Part shown: piece after piece, positions 58,608-64,000 of the stretch
How the letters are laid out: each line of letters starts with the position of its first letter
Position numbering within the stretch: the stretch's first letter is position 1
Assembly: GCA_964430705.1 (NCBI GenBank)
Contig: CAYSGJ010000178.1
Coordinates: forward strand, 2,022-66,021
Origin: an uncultured Desulfobacterales bacterium
Lineage (GTDB): Bacteria > Desulfobacterota > Desulfobacteria > Desulfobacterales > C00003060
DNA: 64,000 bases
Reading direction: 5' to 3'
Program-made: the position numbers and the translations under genes
The notes under the pieces: generated by a model
What the model saw: only the letters and a program-made list of their open reading frames with translations
Database searches by the model: none
Told to the model about the DNA's origin: nothing

Positions 58608-59147
58608 TTGATCGAAGATCCGAAGCTCTACATAGACGAAAACGGCAAGGGCTTTTTTAAATGCCCCCACTGTGGCAAGCAAGTAAGCATTGATATCATT
58701 GAATTCCAGGGCCTTACCGATGGCGTGAAGGTCAAATGCGCCTGCGGAGGCGAATTCAAGGTCTGCCTTGGATTAAGAACAGGACGGCGGAAGCAAGGCT
58801 TTTTCAGAGGCAACTACGTTAAACTGCCCCAGGGCAAAGAAAAGGGACGAATCCGGGTCCGTGATGTCTCCACCGGGGGCGCTCACTTCACAACCTGGAA
58901 CGCCCACAACCTGAAGGTTGGAGATGAGATCCTGCTCCAATTTGTCCTGGAAGATCACAAGGGTTCTGAAATCGAAAGGACCGCCGCGGTACGTTGGGTC
59001 AAAGATATGGCCATCGGGTGCCAGTTCACGGACCGGCGCAAGTTGGATCCGGACCTGGGGTTTTACGTCATGGATCTGTCCCAACAAAACGGGACTATTC
59101 CGCATCGCGCTTCAGGACAGCCAGAAAGGCCGACTGGGGAATCATGA
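58608..59147 (+). CDS. zinc-ribbon + PilZ domain protein
   Basis: TTG start 7 nt after GGAGG. N-terminal CPHC...CAC ribbon. PilZ motifs RTGRR (RxxxR) and DVSTGG (DxSxxG). Confidence 0.75.
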   Translation: MIEDPKLYIDENGKGFFKCPHCGKQVSIDIIEFQGLTDGVKVKCACGGEFKVCLGLRTGRRKQGFFRGNYVKLPQGKEKGRIRVRDVSTGGAHFTTWNAHNLKVGDEILLQFVLEDHKGSEIERTAAVRWVKDMAIGCQFTDRRKLDPDLGFYVMDLSQQNGTIPHRASGQPERPTGES

Positions 59148-60891
59148 CCTGCCCGATCATCTTCATCCGTCTCTTGCCCTTCTTTTGTTTTTCCAGGAGT
59201 TTACGTTTTCGGGTAATGTCGCCCCCGTAACACTTGGCCGTTACGTCCTTACGATAGGCCGAGATGGTCTCTCTGGCGATCACCTTCGCTCCAATAGCCC
59301 CCTGAATGGCAATCTTGAACATCTGCTTGGGAATTTCTCCTTTCAATTTTTCACATACCTGTCTGGCCCGCAGGTATGCCCCATCTTCGTGGACCAGCTG
59401 GGAGAGGGCATCCACCTTTTCGCCGTTGATAAGAATGTCCAGCTTAACCAAGTCGGCATCACGATAGTCGATAACCTCATAATCAAAGGATCCGTATCCC
59501 TGCGTGACGGTCTTCAGCCTGTCGTAAAAATCATAGATCACTTCAGCCAGCGGCAGTTCACAGGTCAGTTCAATCCGTTGCTTACCCGTGTATTGATGCT
59601 TTGAGTTGACGCCCCGCCGTTCAAGACACAGCTTGATGACCGCTCCAAGATACCGGTCCGGAATCATGATGGCGGCCCGGATGTAAGGCTCCTGGGTGCC
59701 AATAATCTTGGCGGGATCAGGGTACAGTGACGGGTTGTCGATCACCTCGGTGGTGCCGTCACTCATCATAAAATGATATTTGACCGACGGAGATGTGATG
59801 ATCAAGGAAAGGTCGAATTCCCTTTCCAGCCGCTCTTGGACAATTTCCAGATGCAGAAGCCCCAAAAATCCGCATCGGAAACCAAAACCCAGAGCGGCAG
59901 AGGTATCCTTTTCGTAGACCAAGGATGCATCGTTGAGCTTCAGCTTGTCCATCGCCACAGCCAGGTCTTCATATCCATCAGAGGCCACAGGATAAATGGA
60001 AGAAAAGACCACCGGCTTGATTTCCCTGAAACCGGCCAAGGCGGCGCTGCACGGTTGATCCCGATGGGTGATCGTGTCCCCGCACCGTGTGTCGCTGACC
60101 GTTTTCACGCCGGCAATGATGTAGCCCACTTCTCCGGCCGTGAGCGCTTGCCTGGGAACCCTTTTGATCTGAAAGAACCCCACCTCTTCGACCCGGTAAA
60201 CGGCATTATTGGACATAAAGCGAATGGTGTCGCCGGGTTTCACCGTTCCTTCAAAGACCCGACAATGGATAACGGTGCCGCGGTAAGGGTCGTAGCTGGA
60301 GTCGAAAATCAGCGCTTGCAAAGGCGTTTTTGGATTCCCCTTGGGCGCGGGGAGCTTTTTGATAACAGCCTCCAGGATCTCGTGGATTCCCGTGCCCTCC
60401 TTGGCCGAAGCCAGTAACGCCTCGTTGGGATCCAACCCCAGCTCTTCGTCGATTTGCTCTTTGACCCAATCCAGGTCCGCCGCCGGCAGATCGATTTTGT
60501 TGATCACCGGGATAATCGCCAGGTCGTGATCGATGGCCATATAGAGGTTAGCCACGGTCTGCGCCTCCACGCCTTGACTCGCATCCACGAGGATCAAAAC
60601 CCCCTCGCAGGATGCAAGGGAACGGGATACCTCATAGGTAAAATCCACATGTCCGGGAGTGTCAATCAGATTCAACATATACCATTGGCCGTCTTCGGCC
60701 TCATAAGGCAGCGACACGGCCTGGCTCTTGATCGTGATGCCCCGCTCCCGCTCCAGGTCCATGGTATCCAGGATCTGTTCCTTGAAATCCCGGTCGGAAA
60801 CAATGCCTGTGGCTTGAATCAGGCGGTCGGACAGGGTCGACTTCCCGTGGTTAATATGCGCTATTATACTGAAATTGCGAATATGTTTCAC
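59095..60891 (-). CDS. lepA: translation elongation factor 4
   Basis: [25 protein letters not shown], and the LepA-specific C-terminal domain. 598 aa. Confidence 0.97.
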   Translation of the reverse strand: MKHIRNFSIIAHINHGKSTLSDRLIQATGIVSDRDFKEQILDTMDLERERGITIKSQAVSLPYEAEDGQWYMLNLIDTPGHVDFTYEVSRSLASCEGVLILVDASQGVEAQTVANLYMAIDHDLAIIPVINKIDLPAADLDWVKEQIDEELGLDPNEALLASAKEGTGIHEILEAVIKKLPAPKGNPKTPLQALIFDSSYDPYRGTVIHCRVFEGTVKPGDTIRFMSNNAVYRVEEVGFFQIKRVPRQALTAGEVGYIIAGVKTVSDTRCGDTITHRDQPCSAALAGFREIKPVVFSSIYPVASDGYEDLAVAMDKLKLNDASLVYEKDTSAALGFGFRCGFLGLLHLEIVQERLEREFDLSLIITSPSVKYHFMMSDGTTEVIDNPSLYPDPAKIIGTQEPYIRAAIMIPDRYLGAVIKLCLERRGVNSKHQYTGKQRIELTCELPLAEVIYDFYDRLKTVTQGYGSFDYEVIDYRDADLVKLDILINGEKVDALSQLVHEDGAYLRARQVCEKLKGEIPKQMFKIAIQGAIGAKVIARETISAYRKDVTAKCYGGDITRKRKLLEKQKKGKRRMKMIGQVMIPQSAFLAVLKRDAE

Positions 60892-61490
60892 AACGTATCA
60901 AAACCCAACGCAAACGCTTTCAGGTTGATTTCTACAAACTTTTCCTTTGTCTTGGTGCGAAGGGTTTCCTCAAAGGCCTCCTTGGGCACAGGAACCGCCT
61001 TGCTTCGAGCCAACGCACCCATCATCACCACATTGGCCGAAAGGGCGGCGCCGGCGTTCCGGGCCAGTTTTTGGGCATCCAACGTCACCAACGTCTTCAC
61101 GCGGCTTCCGATAAAGGCAAACATCTTGTCCACGTCCGGGTAATCGCTTTTTCCAATCGACACGCCAAAAGGCATGATTGGCACACGGTTGGAAATCACC
61201 ACTGAATCGGCGGAACATTTTCGCATGGCGCGATAGGTCTCCAAGGGTTCAAACCCCACAAGAACATCCGCCTCGCCGTCTGAAATAATCGGGCTTTTAA
61301 TATCCCCGATCATTACCGTGGACTCCACGACACCGCCCCGCTGAGCCATGCCGTGAACTTCACTGGCCAGCACATTGTGACCGGCATGTATGGCGGCTTC
61401 GGCCAAGACCATGGTTGCCAACAGGGTTCCCTGTCCGCCGACGCCTGTAAAACACACCCTGCAGTTATCCACTTTACGGTTATTCATCAT
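60888..61490 (-). CDS. iorB: indolepyruvate:ferredoxin oxidoreductase beta subunit
   Basis: POR-gamma-like fold (GVGGQG...HGMAQRGG). 4-nt overlap with lepA, and lies downstream of iorA. Confidence 0.88.
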   Translation of the reverse strand: MMNNRKVDNCRVCFTGVGGQGTLLATMVLAEAAIHAGHNVLASEVHGMAQRGGVVESTVMIGDIKSPIISDGEADVLVGFEPLETYRAMRKCSADSVVISNRVPIMPFGVSIGKSDYPDVDKMFAFIGSRVKTLVTLDAQKLARNAGAALSANVVMMGALARSKAVPVPKEAFEETLRTKTKEKFVEINLKAFALGFDTL

Positions 61491-61503
61491 GTATCTCCTG
61501 CTC

Positions 61504-63393
61504 CTAAATCTTCTTCGGCCTGATCTTGTTGCAGATCTGAATACACACCCCGCACCCGATGCACAGGTCCTGATTGATCACCATGGCCGTGGTGCCGTCA
61601 GGGTCCGGGTTCCGATACAGTGCCGGGCACGCAAACGTGTCGATACACCTCCGGCATTCTCCCGTGCACTCGGGGCCCACCACAAAGGCCCGTTTCTGTT
61701 TAACACCCAGCATCCGCCTTTCAAACAAGGGACAGGGCGCTTTGGCAATAACCACCGACAACATGTCGGCCTCCAGGGCTTCTCGAACCGCGGTCTTGGT
61801 CTTTGCCACGTGGATGGGATTGACCACGGCCACGTTTTCAACGCCACAGGCCCTGACAATGGCTTCGATGGAAACCGAAGGCTTTTGCCAGCCGGGAGGC
61901 GTCATGTCCACGCCGGGATGGGGTTGATGTCCCGTCATGGCCGTAGTGCCGTTATCCAGTATCACCAGGACGAATCTGTGCTGGTTGTGCACGGCATTGA
62001 TCAATCCGGTAATCCCTGAATGGAAAAAGGTGGAATCACCGATAAAGGCAATGACCTTGCTGTCCGTAACCCTGGAAATGCCGGCGGCGGAAGTCACACT
62101 GGAGCCCATGCAAACCAGAAAATCGGCAGATCGCAAGGGCGGCAGAATGCCCAACGTATAGCACCCGATGTCTGTGGGAAAAATGGCTTCCGTGCCCATG
62201 TCGACAAGCGCGCTGTTCACAGCGTAGTACGCTGCCCTGTGGGGACACCCCGCGCACAAATTGGGCGGCCGTATGGGCATCTCTGCGGCCTCGGGATCTT
62301 CTGCCGAGTCGATGGGCTTGGGCGTTTCGTAAGCAACTCCGAAGTGTTTTGCCATGGCGGCCCGGACCATACCCGGCTCGTATTCGTAGAGCCGCGAAAA
62401 AAGATCCGCCGCTTTGCCGGCAATGGGCGTGGCAAGACTGTTCGTATGAGCCACCACCCTCAAATTCTCTTCAATAATCGGTTCCAGCTCTTCGACCACG
62501 AGGATCTTTTCAACGGAACGGATAAACCCTTTGGCAAGGTCTTCCGGAAAAGGATAACCAAAGCCCAGCTTGAGCACCCGCACCTTTTCTTCAATGGCCA
62601 AATCCTTGACGGCATCGACCACGTAATTGTAAGCCATGCCGGCGGCCACAATGCCCCACGGGCCATTGCCGGAAAGCGTGTTAAAAGGCGATTGACAAGC
62701 CATTTCCCGCGCCTTTTCCTCCTGGCCCAGCAGTACCTTGTGTCGCACCCGGGCTACCGCCGGCACGGTGACAAAACGGGAGCTGTCTTTTTGGAAATCA
62801 CCTTTTGTTTTAGGGAGCAGTAAGGCGCCGGTGGTGACAATTCCGCGATGATGGCTCAGCCGGGTGGTTGTGCGAAGCAGCACCGGCAGCTCCAAAGACT
62901 CGGAAATGGCGAATGCGGCCACGGTCATGTCTTTGGCCTCTTGTGCCGAGGAAGGTTCCAGCATGGGCAAAGCGGACAGCCTGGCATACAGACGATTGTC
63001 TTGCTCGTTCTGGCTTGAAAACATGGACGGATCATCCGCCGTAATGATTACCAGCCCGCCGCGGACTCCCACGTAGGCCAGGGTCATGAGCGGATCGGCC
63101 GCCACGTTGAGGCCGACGTGTTTCATGCTGCACATGGTCCGCACGCCGGACACCGCAGCGCCGGCCGCGGTTTCCAGAGCCACCTTTTCGTTGGTGGAGT
63201 ATTCGAAATAGAGATCCGACTCGGCTGCAATCCTGAAAAAGTTGTCTGCTATTTCCGATGACGGCGTTCCCGGATAGGTCGTGGCAAAGCCGAGCCCCGC
63301 CTCCAAAGCGCCCCGAACAATGGCTTCGTTGCCCAACAAAAGGAGTTTTTTCCCTTCCTCAGGGGTTAAAAGCGGATGCATGGCCACCTCCAT
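61504..63393 (-). CDS. iorA: indolepyruvate:ferredoxin oxidoreductase alpha subunit
   Basis: Pyrimidine and TPP-binding domains (GDSTFFHSG) plus C-terminal 4Fe-4S motifs (CIGCGVCIQIC). An alternative start lies at 63381. Confidence 0.9.
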   Translation of the reverse strand: MEVAMHPLLTPEEGKKLLLLGNEAIVRGALEAGLGFATTYPGTPSSEIADNFFRIAAESDLYFEYSTNEKVALETAAGAAVSGVRTMCSMKHVGLNVAADPLMTLAYVGVRGGLVIITADDPSMFSSQNEQDNRLYARLSALPMLEPSSAQEAKDMTVAAFAISESLELPVLLRTTTRLSHHRGIVTTGALLLPKTKGDFQKDSSRFVTVPAVARVRHKVLLGQEEKAREMACQSPFNTLSGNGPWGIVAAGMAYNYVVDAVKDLAIEEKVRVLKLGFGYPFPEDLAKGFIRSVEKILVVEELEPIIEENLRVVAHTNSLATPIAGKAADLFSRLYEYEPGMVRAAMAKHFGVAYETPKPIDSAEDPEAAEMPIRPPNLCAGCPHRAAYYAVNSALVDMGTEAIFPTDIGCYTLGILPPLRSADFLVCMGSSVTSAAGISRVTDSKVIAFIGDSTFFHSGITGLINAVHNQHRFVLVILDNGTTAMTGHQPHPGVDMTPPGWQKPSVSIEAIVRACGVENVAVVNPIHVAKTKTAVREALEADMLSVVIAKAPCPLFERRMLGVKQKRAFVVGPECTGECRRCIDTFACPALYRNPDPDGTTAMVINQDLCIGCGVCIQICNKIRPKKI

Positions 63394-63516
63394 TGGCGTC
63401 TATTTTCGGAACTTCCAGGCGTTCGTTTTTGTGTTCGGCCCAAATCGCCGGAGCCTTATCGGCTTCCTGTCAAAGGTAACGATTCCGGGGCAAACGCGCG
63501 ACAAACTGAACCGGCA

Positions 63517-64000
63517 CTAAAAGGGTTGTGACCTCAATGGGAACGTGTCCGGCCGGTGCAGGTCGGAATAGTCGATGGCCTCTCCCAGGTAAGCGTCGAT
63601 CACGGCCTGGTTTTCCTTGATGACACCCGGAGGACCTTCTGCAATCTTTTGTCCGTAGTTGATCACAACGATTTCATCGGAAATATTCATGACCAAATTC
63701 ATGTCGTGTTCCACCAGCAGGACCGTCATGCCCTGTTCTTTCAGCGCACGGATGCACTCCGACAAGTATTCTGTTTCTCGATCGTTGAGACCTCCGGCAG
63801 GTTCATCCAACAAGAGCAGCTCAGGATCGGTCGCCTTGGCCCTGGCAATCTCCAGGCGTTTTTGTTCCCCAAGAGACAGGTTGTCGGCTTTAAGGTTCCT
63901 TTTCTCAGAAAGTCCGACGAATTCCAGTTGCTCAAGCGCAGACTTGCGGATCTGTTGCTCCTCGTTTTTCATACGCTTCAGCCTGAGCCCTGTGGCAAAA
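63517..64000 (-). CDS. LivG-type ABC ATP-binding protein, N-terminus outside window
   Basis: Signature LSLGEQKRLE, Walker B LLLLDEPAGG, and a C-terminal LivG-type tail. The frame is open to the window end. Confidence 0.85.
   Translation of the reverse strand, partial: FATGLRLKRMKNEEQQIRKSALEQLEFVGLSEKRNLKADNLSLGEQKRLEIARAKATDPELLLLDEPAGGLNDRETEYLSECIRALKEQGMTVLLVEHDMNLVMNISDEIVVINYGQKIAEGPPGVIKENQAVIDAYLGEAIDYSDLHRPDTFPLRSQPF

Overview
This 64-kb window is a gene-dense chromosomal segment with no rRNA, tRNA, CRISPR array, transposase or integrase. Its gene content fits an anaerobic Desulfobacterota-type bacterium, but that is only an inference. From left to right it contains: a housekeeping block (partial RNase E/G, rplU-rpmA-obg-proBA-nadD-rsfS); a large hypothetical gene and a LOG-family gene; an MCE/Mla-like ABC system with a STAS-fused permease, preceded by a cNMP/PAS membrane protein; moeA-moaC and a MoaE-like gene. 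Next comes a minus-strand signalling tail and an 11-gene Mrp/Mbh-type antiporter-like cluster, driven by a consensus sigma54 promoter. Beside it sits a minimal sigma54 activator with detached receiver and kinase genes. After that come a CBS gene and a NuoE/NuoF/GltD-fusion operon (Stn-like). The most unusual locus follows: a five-gene operon (REC-GGDEF, HAMP-only protein, orphan GspG-like pseudopilin with a long basic leader, Cache/HAMP/GAF/HD-GYP, small anchored protein). It is bracketed by inverted copies of a ~110-nt element. The rest of the window holds an RND efflux tripartite operon, an ABC-2 exporter split by a structured spacer, a Liv-type amino-acid ABC operon, a repeat-rich hairpin, serA, a Zn-ribbon-PilZ gene, lepA, iorAB and a partial ABC ATPase. 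All calls rest on reading motifs in the supplied translations and on hand alignment. No database search was run.
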